Positions 36,139-49,600 of a stretch of DNA of 64,000 nucleotides are shown here, piece after piece. Where the stretch lies: the NCBI RefSeq assembly GCF_000143415.4, contig NW_003314281.1, positions 242,417-306,416 of the forward strand, in the 5' to 3' direction. Source of the stretch: Selaginella moellendorffii. Its lineage: Eukaryota > Plantae > Lycopodiophyta. Position 1 is the first letter of the stretch, and every line of letters begins with the position of its first letter. Both the position numbers and the translations under genes were made by a program. The notes beneath the pieces were generated by a model. The model was not told the origin of the DNA and made no database searches. It saw nothing but the letters and a program-made list of their open reading frames with translations.

Positions 36139-37813
36139 ACATGGACGACTACATCAAAGCTTTTGTTACCTCCTGTGACACTTGTGCCCGGAATAAGGTA
36201 CCTTGCCACCTTCCTTCAGGTTTGCTTCGTTCCCTTCCGGTCCCTTCAAGTCCTTGGGAATCCATCTCCATGGATTTCTTGAGTGATCTTCCGAGTTCTG
36301 GAGGCTTCAACAGCATTTTAGTCGTGGTGGATCGCTTCACAAAGATGGCGCACTTCTTGCCATGTACCAAGGAGTTTTCGGGCGAGGACATGGCAAAACT
36401 GGTATTCAGGGAAATTTTCCGACTTCATGGGATTCCTACAGATGTGGTTTCGGATCGGGGGCCTCAGTTCATCTCTCATTTCTGGCAATGGTTTTTGCAG
36501 TTGCTTGGAGTGAAGGCCAACCTCTCTTCGGCATATCATCCTCAAACTGATGGGCAGTCCGAGCGAACGATTCAGACATTGGAACAATTCTTGAGGTGCT
36601 TCATCAACTATCATCAGGATAACTGGTTCGATATCCTTCCCCTTGCTGAGTTCTCCTATAACAACTCTGTTCACTCCTCTCTTCGAGTTTCCCCCTTCTT
36701 TGCGAACTCTGGCCGAAATCCCCGATTCAATCTCTCACTTCCTTCTCCATCTGAATCCTCTCGTTCAAATCCCCGCTCTGAATCATTTCTCTCCAACCTT
36801 CAGGAAATCCACAACTCCATCTCCTTCCACCTCCATCGTGCTCAGGAATCTCATAAAACATTTGCCAATGTCCATCATCAGGATTGTCCCCCTTACAATA
36901 TCGGGGATAAAGTCTGGCTCCTCAGGCGAAATATCTCCACCACCAGGCCCTGTCCAAAACTCGATTTCAAACGCCTTGGTCCTTTCCCTATCACTGCCAT
37001 CATTAATCCTGTCACTTATCGCCTTGCACTTCCCTCCTCATATCAAATTCACCCCGTTTTTCACTCCTCTCTCCTTGAGCCTTATATTCCCAGTCCTATT
37101 CCAAATCGGGTCATTCCTCCGCCTCCACCAGTGCAGCTCGAGGATGGGTCTGAGTACGAGGTTCAGGACATCCTTGATTCCAAGATTTCACGATCTAAAC
37201 TCTACTATCTGGTGGACTGGAAGGGTTACGGACCTGAGGAACGCACTTGGGAACCTGTGGACAACCTGATTCATTCTCCTGACCTTGTTCAGGATTTCCA
37301 CCGCCGCTATCCTTCTCGTCCCAGTCCTCATTCTTTTTCTCCATCTCCCATCCCTCGCCGCTCATCTCATCCTCCTCTTCGTTCTCGTTCACATCCTCGT
37401 TCCACTCGTTCTTGAGGAGGGGGTGCTGTCAGGAATCCCCCAATTCTTGCCACATTCCTGACTCTCGCCAGATTCTTGACCTGCAGACCACATTCCTGAC
37501 TCTCGAGACACTTCTCTATTCCTGACTCTCGAGACACTTCCCTATTCCTGACTCTCGAGACACTTCCCGATTCCTGAGTCTCGAGCCACATTCCTGATGA
37601 TGATGTGGCGCCTCCTCGACCTCAGCTGTATTTAGGCTGTCCTCGATCCAAGAGTGGTGGAGCTTCATCAACCTATAGTATATATAGGTTAGCCTTGTTC
37701 CATTTCTCCACAATCTGAATCAACACCAGTCTAAGGCCTCTTCTTTGTTTTCACTAGCTTTTTCTCTTTGTCTTTAGCATTTTCCAGTCTTGATCTTGTT
37801 GGGGGTCTTGACA
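36139..37813 (+). mobile_element. Gypsy chromovirus B: integrase-chromodomain fragment, PPT and full LTR (37427-37813, 387 bp)
   Basis: ISMDF, HPQTDGQSE, GPF and chromodomain YEVQDILD...YLVDWKGYGPEERTWEP. TGTCA...TGACA LTR with ~27-bp tandem repeats in U3. Confidence 0.93.
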
Positions 37814-40800
37814 GTTTGATTCAGATTGTGTTTTTTGCTTTTCTTTTAGCTTGTTTTGATTATTTGATTGCCTTTGTCTTTTCCCCCCTTTCTTTTCTTT
37901 CTTCTTGCCAATGGAGTCTCCAAGCCATCCTGATTTCTTTGCCGAAGTCCTTGCAAAAATCCAGTCTGAGAATACCGAGCTGAAGGCGACCCTTCTTCGC
38001 ATGCAGCAGGAGCTTGCTTCACTTTCGGCTCAAGGATCCAGCAAAGTTCCTGAACCGAAGGTGAGTTTCCCGGCGAAATTTTTAGGCAAGCGTTCGGAGC
38101 TTCGTGGATTTTTGAATCAAATGGAGCTGATCTTTGCACTTCAACATCGGCGGTACCCCACTTCCGAGTCTCAAATCGGCGCGATTGGGACGTTGCTCGA
38201 GGGTGCAGCTTTGTCATGGTTTTCTCCTCTTCTGGAGAAGAGCATGAAAGGGGTCGTGGTTCCGGAGCTGATGGATCTTCAATTGTTCAAAGAGAAGCTC
38301 GAAGCATGTTTTGGCGAGACGGATCGGGTTCGGGCTGCTACCACAAAGATGAGACGTCTCTCTCAGGGGTCTCGTCCTGCCTCGATCTACGCTGCAGAGT
38401 TCCAACTCCTTGCCTTGGACACTCAGTGGGATGAGCGGGCCCTGATTGACCAATTTCGTTTCGGCCTCAACAACGGTGTCAAGGATTTGTTGCTCACCAT
38501 GGAGGATCCCAAAGACCTGTCGGACGCCATCAACAAAGCTGTTCGATGTGATAATCGTCTCTTTGAACGTCGTCAGGAAAGTCGCCGCGCCGCTGTTTTT
38601 CCGTCCCAGACTCAGGAATCCCAGCTTGAGTCTTCGGGGCATAGTCCTGAACCTACTGCTCCGGTCCCAATGGATATTTCTGGTACTCCCCGACTCATTA
38701 GAGGGAAGTTGAGTCCTACTAAGAGGCAACATCGAATATCTCATAATCTTTGCCTCTACTGTGCTGATCCTAATCACAAAGCAGCTGTGTGTCCCAGGAA
38801 GCCTCCCCGATTGCTCGAGTTCACTCTGCCTCAAAGTCCACCACTGTTGCAGTCGGGAAACGACCCTGTCCAAACATAGTAGGAGCTGTCTGTTTGGACT
38901 CCCCAAATAAAAATCACTTTTCTTCCTTATCAAGCTCCTCACCACCTTTCATCAAAGCCACCACCAATTCCCGCAACTTCTTCAACCCTCAGATCCCGTA
39001 TGGTAGGAGAAAGAGGAACGTGATGTCGGGCAGCAAAGTCCGTGTCCATGAAGCAGGAAGTTGCACCCGAGTCCAGTAGCGCCAAAGCCTTGAGTCCTGA
39101 TTGTCCGGTGAAAGAAAGGAGACATGGGACGCGGATCGGCGGGCATTTTGTGTCTCCATCTTCTGGACTTAGGGAAACATTGCCCGTTCGAGTACACATC
39201 GGGTCCACCGTCACCGATATCACCTTCAACATCATCAACAGCAAGTCTTCCTCTGTGGTGCTCGGTCTTCCTTGGTTCCAACTACATCAGCCTCAGATTT
39301 GTTGGAAGGACTTACAGCTCATCTCTCCCACATCACCATCTCCCACGGCTTCCCCTGGTGTTCATCGAGTCCGAATCAGGAAAAGTTCCCTAAACTCAAG
39401 TCGGGGTTCTGTTCCTGACTCTACGCAGTTTTCATCCTCTTCTTTTTTCTCTCTTCCATCTTACACTGGACAGTATCCTCGTCTCATCATTCCATTTAGT
39501 CGTACTCCTCCTCCTATCTCCACAATCACTATGAAAGAACTCCTTCATGAAGAACCTCTTTTTCTTTTTGCTTTGCATGTTTCTCCTGTCAGTCTTCCTG
39601 AGAAGTATCATGATTTTGGGGATGTGTTTGACAAGAAAAAAGCTAGTGTACTGCCTGTTCATCGGCCTTATGATTGTCCCATTGATTTACAGGAAGGAGC
39701 GTCACCTCCGTGGGGGCCTATCTACGGGTTATCCCCGTCCGAGCTTAAGGCCCTCAAAGAGTACGTGGATGAGAACCTTGCCTCGGGCTACATTCAGCAT
39801 TCGCAGTCCCCGGCTGGAGCGCCTGTCTTCTTTGTCAAGAAGAAGGATGGGAGCTTGCGGCTAGTCATCGACTACCGAGGTTTGAACAAGGTGACTGTTC
39901 GGAACCGTTATCCGCTGCCCCTGATCTCAGACCTGTTGGAACGCCTCGGCGGTGCCCGCTTCTTCACCAAGATCGACCTCCGTGGAGCATACAACCTGAT
40001 CCGGATCCAGCCTGGTGATGAATGGAAGACTGCGTTCCGAACCCGCTATGGCCACTTCGAGTACACTGTCATGCCATTTGGCTTGACAAATGCTCCAGCG
40101 GTTTTTCAACACATGGCGAACGACGTTTTTCGGGAGTTTCTTGATCAGATGGTGATCGTCTACCTCGATGACATCCTCATCTACTCAAAAACTCAGGAGG
40201 AGCATGACGAACATGTTCGCAAGGTGCTAGCGAAGCTGCGAGAACACGGCCTATACGCGAAGCTTGAGAAATGTTCCTTTGATCAGCAGTCTGTGGAGTT
40301 CCTTGGGTACATTGTCACTCCTGAGGGTATCACGATGGATCCTGCAAAAGTCAAGACTATTCTCGAATGGGAGCCTCCACAATCAATGTCAGACGTTCAG
40401 GTTTTCCTTGGCTTCGCCAACTTCTACTGCAAATTCATTGATCACTACTCTGACATTGTCCTTCCTCTCACACATCTCACTCGCAAGGATGTTCCCTTCT
40501 CTTGGTCTGCTGCTGCCCAGCAGGCTTTTCGACACACTCAAGGCGGCCTTCAGTTCTGCTCCTGTCTTGATCCATGCTGATTCCTCACAACCTTTCTTCA
40601 TCGAGGCTGACGCCTCCGACTTTGCCATTGGTGCTGTGCTATCTCAACTCGGAGCGGATCACGAACTTCATCCGGTCGCTTTCCATTCTCGGAAATTCCA
40701 GCCTGCGGAGATCAATTACGAAATCCACGATAAGGAGCTTCTTGCCATCGTGGATTCCTTTGGAGAGTGGCGCCATTTCTTGGAGGGGGCGAGCCATCAA

Positions 40801-42793
40801 ACAACAGTCTGGACGGATCACAAAAATCTCAAGTACTTTGCCACTTCTCGAGTTTTAAGCCGTCGTCAAGCAAGGTGGGCACAATTCCTGAGTCGGTTTG
40901 ACTTTGTTATCAAGTACAGACCTGGAAAGTTTCAAGGCCTTCCTGATGCTCTTTCAAGGCGCTCCTATCTCAGTCTCAGGCCTGGTAATCCTGCCTTCGA
41001 TCAACAGGATCAAGTTATCCTCGGTCCTGATCGGCTTCAAGTTATGGCAATTTCCCTGGCCCCTCAGGACTCCTCCTTGATGGATGCAATCAGAAACGAT
41101 CTTCAATCCGATGATCTTGCTAGCGACATTTTTCCCCATCTTCAGGCTGGACACCCAGTGACTCCCGACTGCCGGCGATTTGACGAGTTCGAGTTCTTAG
41201 ATGGCTTATTGTACCGTGGGGAGCAGCTTTACGTTCCTGAAGGTGATGCTCGAAGGTTGATCCTGATGGCGTGCCACGATAGCCCGACTGCTGGTCACTT
41301 CGGCATTGCGAAAACCTATGAGCTAGTTGCACGGGACTTTTGGTGGCCTCACATGGACGACTACATCAAAGCTTTTGTTACCTCCTGTGACACTTGTGCC
41401 CGGAATAAGGTACCTCGCCACCTTCCTTCAGGTTTGCTTCGTTCCCTTCCGGTCCCTTCAGGTCCTTGGGAATCCATCTCCATGGATTTCTTGAGTGATC
41501 TTCCGAGTTCTGGAGGCTTCAACAGCATTTTAGTCGTGGTGGATCGCTTCACAAAGATGGCGCACTTCTTGCCATGTACCAAGGAGTTTTTGGGCGAGGA
41601 CATGGCAAAACTAGTATTCAGGGAAATTTTCCGACTTTATGGGATTCCTACAGATGTGGTTTCGGATCGGGGGCCTCAGTTCATCTCTCATTTCTGGCAA
41701 CGGTTTTTGCAGTTGCTTGGAGTGAAGGCCAACCTCTCTTCGGCATATCATCCTCAAACTGATGGGCAGTCCGAGCGAACGATTCAGACATTGGAACAAT
41801 TCTTGAGGTGCTTCATCAACTATCATCAGGATAACTGGTTCGATATCCTTCCCCTTGCTGAGTTCTCCTATAACAACTCTGTTCACTCCTCTCTTCGAGT
41901 TTCCCCCTTCTTTGCGAACTCTGGCCGAAATCCCCGATTCAATCTCTCACTTCCTTCTCCATCTGAATCCTCTCGTTCAAATCCCCGCTCTGAATCATTT
42001 CTCTCCAACCTTCAGGAAATCCACAACTCCATCTCCTTCCACCTCCATCGTGCTCAGGAATCTCATAAAACATTTGCCAATGTCCATCGTCAGGATTGTC
42101 CCCCTTACAATATCGGGGATAAAGTCTGGCTCCTCAGGCGAAATATCTCCACCACCAGGCCCTGTCCAAAACTCGATTTCAAACGCCTTGGTCCTTTCCC
42201 TATCACTGCCATCATTAATCCTGTCACTTATCGCCTTGCACTTCCCTCCTCATATCAAATTCACCCCGTTTTTCACTCCTCTCTCCTTGAGCCTTATATT
42301 CCCAGTCCTATTCCAAATCGGGTCATTCCTCCGCCTCCACCAGTGCAGCTCGAGGATGGGTCTGAGTACGAGGTTCAGGACATCCTTGATTCCAAGATTT
42401 CACGATCTAAACTCTACTATCTGGTGGACTGGAAGGGTTACGGACCTGAGGAACGCACTTGGGAACCTGCGGACAACCTGATTCATTCTCCTGACCTTGT
42501 TCAGGATTTCCACCGCCGCTATCCTTCTCGTCCCAGTCCTCATTCTTTTTCTCCATCTCCCATCCCTCGCCGCTCATCTCATCCTCCTCTTCGTTCTCGT
42601 TCACATCCTCGTTCCACTCGTTCTTGAGGAGGGGGTGCTGTCAGGAATCTCCCAATTCTTGCCACATTCCTGACTCTCGCCGGATTCCTGACCTGCAGAC
42701 CACATTCCTGACTCTCGAGACACTTCTCTATTCCTGACTCTCGAGACACTTCCCTATTTCTGACTCTCGAGACACTTCCCGATTCCTGAGTCT
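37814..42793 (+). mobile_element. Gypsy chromovirus B (Tcn1/Tf1-like): gag 37911-38879, pol to 42627, partial 3' LTR 42639-42793; defective
   Basis: Gag with CLYCADPNHKAAVC, RT YLDD, RNase H ADASD, integrase and chromodomain. Protease inverted at 38981-39134 and an extra T frameshift near 40527. Confidence 0.95.
37816..37830 (+). promoter_or_regulatory. Self-priming PBS of element B, complementary to LTR 37709-37723
   Basis: TTGATTCAGATTGTG, 2 nt after the LTR, is the exact reverse complement of CACAATCTGAATCAA located downstream of the LTR TATA-like tract. No tRNA-type TGG PBS. Confidence 0.85.
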
Positions 42794-43646
42794 TCCCGAT
42801 TCCGCCTTGAGTGTGTCGAAAGCCTACTGGGCAGCAGCAGACCAAGAGAAGGGAACATCCTTGCGAGTGAGATGTGTGAGAGGAAGGACAATGTCAGAGT
42901 AGTGATCAATGAATTTGCGGTAGAAGTTGGCAAAGCCAAGGAAAACCTGAACGTCTGACATTGATTGTGGAGGCTCCCATTCGAGAATAGTCTTGACTTT
43001 TGCAGGATCCATCGTGATACCCTCAGGAGTGACAATGTACCCAAGGAACTCCACAGACTGCTGATCAAAGGAACATTTCTCAAGCTTCGCGTATAGGCCG
43101 TGTTCTCGCAGCTTCGCTAGCACCTTGCGAACATGTTCGTCATGCTCCCCCTGAGTTTTTGAGTAGATGAGGATGTCATCGAGGTAGACAATCACCATCT
43201 GATCAAGAAACTCCCGAAAAACGTCGTTCGCCATGTGTTGGAAAACCGCTGGAGCATTTGTCAAGCCAAATGGCATGACAGTGTACTCGAAGTGGCCATA
43301 GCGGGTTCGGAACGCAGTCTTCCATTCATCACCAGGCTGGATCCGGATCAGGTTGTATGCTCCACGGAGGTCGATCTTGGTGAAGAAGCGGGCACCGCCG
43401 AGGCGTTCCAACAGGTCCGAGATCAGGGGCAGCGGATAACGGTTCCGAACAGTCACCTTGTTCAAACCTCGGTAGTCGATGACTAGCCGCAAGCTCCCAT
43501 CCTTCTTCTTGACAAAGAAGACAGGCGCTCCAGCCGGGGACTGCGAATGCTGAATGTAGCCCGAGGCAAGGTTCTCATCCACGTACTCTTTGAGGGCCTT
43601 AAGCTCGGACGGGGATAACCCGTAGATAGGCCCCCACGGAGGTGAC

Positions 43647-46600
43647 TGTCGCGAATGTGACTTCAGGTATCGAAAGTTACCTGTCGGCTAGTCCTTACGG
43701 ACACTCTTACCTTACTGCCACGATGGCAGGAGGTCGGTATTGCTGGACCCTTTATCAGTCCCTCTTGTGCTAGTGGAGTTAACTGGGCATTTCGAGTGTA
43801 CTTAGACCGGACGAGCATAAGGACGGAATTCCTACGTGTTATTAGCTAAGCATACTTAGCCCGGTAAGGAGTTCCCGTCTCGTTTTGTCTTGCACTTGCT
43901 AGTGACAAGAACCCTCGCGTGTTGAGATTGGTCCCTCAATATCGCCACATGATAGCTTACCGTGTCTGCCAAACACCCTCGCTATCATGCCCTTTGTGTT
44001 AGTCTCATTTCGGTCCCAAATGCTATTTATGGAAAGTGTTTAGATTCACTCATTTGGCATATCTACAGAATGTAGAGATCGGCCCGAACACAATGGTGTT
44101 CGTCCCGTGTCCAAATTCACAATCTAGGGACATTCCATATTTAGTAAGTTTCGAGTTTGTCCCAGAGACTAACTCCTGATACTAAGGGAGGCTTGGGGTG
44201 AAAGCCCAAAGCGTGTGTTCCTCAAGGGGGGGGGGCTATGGGGGGTTCCAAATGTATAGTAGGGATAGTGGGTAGGTCGGGCATGGCCGACCAACCTGAG
44301 GCATAGTCTAGCTCCCGCTTGCGTGCCTGTCCTTGTTCTGCGTCCGGCTTGGGTCTAAGCCCAAGTTCCATTCCATGCTAGTTGGTGGAGTACCCATATC
44401 CTCGCGTTAGGCCACCGGTATGCCGAAATAGCGCCAGACTCTGTTTGGCTCCGTTTTGCGTGCTGGTCCTGGCATTGGGATGCTGGTTGCTCTAGGACTG
44501 TTCCAAGTCGCTCCGGGCCCCTGTCCCTTTGCTCCTTGGGCTATATGCTCGGGAGTTGCTCCGTGGTCCGGTTTCATCACTCCTTGGCGTCACGCTTGGG
44601 AGTTTGGCACCGTTCCTTCGTTCAGTGGCCCAAGGCCCTGAACCTCGGGTTCCTATGGACACGTGGCACGGACACGTGGTATGTGACACATGGCATCTGT
44701 CACGTGGCACAAAGAGGGTTTAGGTTCCGCTTCGTGGTGTTATCCTATGGTAAATCACCATAGGATAAAGGGTCAAAACCACGTGCGCTACATTTGGTAT
44801 CAGAGGATGAGTCTCAGCGAGTACTATTCAATGAGATTGGGCAACTAGTCTTGTTGCATACGCAGAGATGAAAACGATGATCCGAGTGGGTACACGTTTT
44901 GGTGCAAAGACTTCGCATTGGTTCCTTGGGTATGGATATTGTTACCTTATTGTACCTTATGATGTGAGCTTGCGCTTGGGCTCATAGGATGGATTTGAGT
45001 TGTTTCGGTAGCACGAGTTTAAGCTTGGGCTCGTGAGTGAGGCACATTAGCAACTCAAGGTTGCACTTTGAGTTGGCAGGATTAATGTTAGCCTATCGAT
45101 GGTTCCATGAGTTGTTCCATGTACCGTGGGTGAAAGTAAACTTTCCCTGAGTTTGCTATGAGTTGCAAATAGGCTGGTCCGTAGCTGTTTAACACGGCAC
45201 TAGTGGATCCTTCCTAGGCATGATTATAAGTGGATCAATCAAGACTGTAGGGAATAGTCTATTGGTTCATGTAATTATTGCCGTGATCTCTTATAAACTT
45301 TTCTTCGATTGAACTGAAGGCAGTGCGAAAGCAAGTTTGAGGTTTGGTCAAAGATGAGACCGGAAAGAGACTCATTGGGGACGAAGGATCAAATACGTAA
45401 ATCATTTTCTCTTCTTGGAGAGATGATTTGCAACGAGGTGTTAACTCATTGCTTGTGTTCACATCATGCAATCAAGAGTCCCTATCTTGACGCATGTTGG
45501 AGATGGTGGTCTTACAATGGTGAGTTGTGGGATGGATAGTGGTGAAATGCTAACCATTTTGTCTAAGCTTGCTATTGGAAGACTTGGGTTGCAATGCTCA
45601 ATTCTTTTCCGGGGAACCTTGCTATTGCTCCTTGAGTAGCTTGGTGTTGGATTAGTGTTGAGTTTGGTCGGAAAGAGAGTGGCATGAGCTTGTCCATGTT
45701 GTGAACAAAAGTTAGTGGTGTTGGGTGTCGTAAACCTCTATTGGTGGAGTGTGGCATTTATGTTGCATTTTGTCGAATCGAGTTGGCATTTGATACTCAC
45801 ATAAACGTTTGAAGTAATGACATAGGCATTGCTCATTGTGTTACTCAATTGATGATCAAGTCATTGTGATGCTTATATCATATCCATGTGATAAAGAGCA
45901 ATGTGTTTACGAAGTTGCTTGGGTAAATGATGATCAACCCCAAAGTGGTTGATGGAGAAGCTAGTCTACTTGCACGAAGTAGCATTGTAGTAGCTTTGAC
46001 TGGATTCTCAATGGTGGTCCATTATGCTAAGCTTAAGTTGGTACCTTGTTTCCTTGAGGGTTTGCCCATAAGGTGTTGGGAATGGGTTGTAGCATTCATT
46101 TGCTATAGCTCATCTGTTGATCCGTTAGCACTTGGAGTAGATTGTTGGATGGAGAAGATGTGTAGTTAGGGCATTGACATCACTAGCACTTGTGTTAGTG
46201 GAAGTGGCATTGTTGATTCGAGTGATGAGGAATTTTCCTTAGAGCTTGATTTTCCATGTCATTTTTCTTGTTAGTGTTTTGGCTTCACATTGGATCTTGA
46301 AAGTGATTGAAGAAGAGTGTTAGTGCAATATGGATATCCGAAGATGTGGTCTTCGTGATCAAGCCTTGGATGTTCATTTTGCACTTTGCGGATGTCGGTG
46401 TTGGATATCGGAAAATGGGCAAAGATGTTCGATGCTTAAGCATGTTGTTCGATCATAAGAATCTGTGTTAAGGTGAACCTATGTGAAGTTGTTTGTAGGA
46501 TGAAGTTGGTTGAGTCTTGAAAGTTTGCAATCCTGGACTGAGAGTCATTCTTTCTCTAGGATGGAAATTTTCCACAAATTTTCTTAGACTTTTCCAATGG

Positions 46601-49600
46601 CTGATCTATTGATCATTTTGTCCGAAAACCATTCCATTTTCGAAAGCCAGTACAAACTAGTGAAGAGGTTGGAGTTGACTTCGGTTGGCTTAGATCTTAG
46701 TAGGTAGTTTGTATGATGTGGCCCGAAAGGGATGCTAACTTTTGGGGCTAAGGCAATTGAGTTGGATAGAGTCTGGAGTTGGTGTAAAAAAGTGGTCGTT
46801 GCACTTTTTTTTAAGAAGGGTGACCCTTGTGCCTTTCTTCTGTAGCGTTATGCTTGGTGGCAGGTTGCACCTTGCATTTCACTAAGACTCTATGAGAGTA
46901 ATGAGCTCTCACTGATCTTGACTTAGTCTTGGTAGCCCTGCGCCTTGGCTGAGGATGGTGATGTCCAATTTAGTTGTTTGAGGTTGAGATGTTGGTACCC
47001 GTACTTTAGCTTTGTCTATGAGGAGGTTGTGTACCGATATGAGTTCATCTCATGATCTTCACTTTTGTTTCGGCTGAGTGTTGATCATGCATAGCTAGCC
47101 TCTTCAAAGCATGCTTAGAGCTATTGACTAAATGCATTAGTGAGCTTATTGCGGTTGAGTTGGATTCGAGTGGTCATTTAGTTTGTGCTTGTCTATGAAC
47201 TTTTATCTCGTACCTGGGGTATTATGTTCATGTTGGACAAGTATGTAACTCGATGACATGAGTTAGTGTTCGGGTCTTGTGAAGGCAAGTTGAAGGGCAA
47301 TTGTTAGTTGCTTTGCGACTAGTGATTACTTATAAATTTTGTCAAAAGACTGTTGACACTTGCTTCACTCGATGATGATTTAGCAATGATAGGTTTGCTT
47401 TACCGGATGGTGTAGAGGAGGATCGTGTCGTTAGACTTACATGGTTTTTCCATGTTGACATGTCGACTCTATCTCTGTCGATATCATTTGGTTGCATTTA
47501 GTTCATGGTGTTGGATTTCATTGAGTCTTGGATGTGGTGACTCACTCCTTGAGGAAGTGTTATTTGTAACTGAGTTTTGCTAAAGGATTGGTCTCGGTTA
47601 CTAATTAAAGTATCTTCGACCTTGGTTAGCTTGGTTGCTGGAAAGCTCCGAGTGGTGATTCACTCATGCTTTCTTCTAGCTTTGTTTTGGTGTTGATGGC
47701 ATTGAAGTGATGCTTTGTCATTGACATTGTTGATATTGAGATCTGAGTGAAATGAGATATCCTTCCAAAAGATTGATATTGAGTTTCATTAGTCTTGATG
47801 AATATAGTGTTGATGATTTGGCTATAGCTTTGTGTTGTTGGCATTCGTGCATTTGCTAGTTAGCAACTGTGTTGACGTTCAAACGAACTGAGTGGCAAGT
47901 TGAGTTAGTTGTGTTCTAGACGAGATTATTTAGTAGAGGGTTGAGCTTTAGCTTTTCCTTGAAAAGTGATTTAGTCGTGGACTATGCTAACTCTACGAGA
48001 AGAAGAGTTAGTGATCGATATTAGAATGTTGAGTCCTTGCTGGATTTGAGTTCGGAATATAGCAATCATTAATGATTCTTTTTGAGCTTGTTATGAAGTG
48101 AGTTACGTCTTGCTGTAGATGGATTCATGGAGGATCGTTTGATGATCACTTGTTAAGCATAGCTTCGTTATGCTTAGCTTTTGGATTGATGCAGAAATGC
48201 TCTTCGTTAGCTTTGGTATTATGAAGTTTGGCTTATGGATGTGTTGAGGAAGATATTGTGGGTTGCACCATGATTTCTTCTTTAGCATTGAAGTTAGCTT
48301 CTATGTGACTCGTGATCATTATTAGGCAAGACTTAGTTATAGGCTTCTTCGAGCTTTGGTTCTTTGAGTTTTATGCTCATTGTTCCATTTGTTAGAAGTT
48401 GTTGGGGAAGGCATTTTGGCTCATTAGCTTCGATGTTGAAGTTTGCTTTTGCATCTAGTAATCATTGGTGATAATTGACTATCATCTAAGATAGTTAATT
48501 ATCCTTGTCGAGGGTTTTGCTTGATTATTGTTAGTATAGAATGATTTGCTGTTCTTCGGGATAGTCGATTCTTTCTTCGATGATGATTATGCATTTCTCT
48601 ATTGATAGGATGATTGATGATCTTTTATGGTGGTTAGTTGTTCTCTTTGATGGCTTGTGGCTTTTCGCAATATCACATGTTCTTTGTGATTTGCTCTGGA
48701 TTGGTTTCTTGGGTTTGAGACATCAGTAGGATGTTGCTAACACTTGCTTGAGCAACTCTGGTTCCTTGGTATTGTTGATTGAGATCTATTCAGATTTGCT
48801 AGTGCAATAGTTGATATGAACAAGTGTTTGTTTGCTTTGCAACATTCATTTTGATCTGTTGATTGTTGCTCGAGTTAGTTTTGATAGATTTGGATGTTAT
48901 TTCCTTTGGGTGATACATTCGCGAGCATTATGCTTGTTAGTCAATGATACTTTGTGTTCTTTGAGTTCTCTCTAGTAAGTTGTTGGCTTACTGTCTACTA
49001 TCTTCGGTAGTTAAGTTTCATCATTGAGTTTCCTTGATGATATACTAGCTATTGAATGTTGTTGGATGGTGCATCTCATGTTTTCCAATGATAGTGATCT
49101 TGGTGGTTCCTATACTGTAATACTAGTTTATCGGATGATAACTTACTTGGAATACTTTTGTGTTCTAATCTAAGCTTTATTCCCTGATAATTAAATCTCT
49201 AAACTATCATTGTCTATGACTTTGATATTGTCCATCTATTGATCTTTGAGTTTGGGCCAGTAATGGGCAGACTGGCTTCGGCACTTCGTGTGCATGGTGA
49301 AATCTCTAGTCATGGGGTAGCTACTGTCGACTGGTCACATACCCGCCTCTTTGTCGATGTTCCTTATTCCGTTGAAAGGGCGTGACCGTGTAAACAACTC
49401 TAACTGCCTGTTTACAGTAGTCTATCTAAACCTTACCGACGGGTTTGGTTTCTTTGCTTAGGAGGGTAGGGGCCTCTGGCTTCTCTCTCTATGTTCCTGC
49501 GGGCAGGGCATATCACACTTTTGTAAGCTGGGTGACTCCCAGAGCAGCAGGGGTGGCTGACTCCGTTGGTCATTTCCTTGTCGGCGACGGCCGGAAGGTG

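Noticed and set aside
36075-37415. Stand-alone or domesticated integrase-chromodomain gene (also 53205-55112 and 55011-55463)
   Set aside because: The ORF starts are created by rearrangement junctions, and the sequences are near-identical to element B.
37453-37596. CRISPR-like array of CATTCCTGACTCTCGAGACAC repeats
   Set aside because: Tandem U3 repeats inside an LTR, no unique spacers, eukaryotic context.
45300-46420. Possible RT relics in the LARD interior (ELKAVRKQV, FTLDLESD)
   Set aside because: Too weak and discontinuous to support without a profile search.
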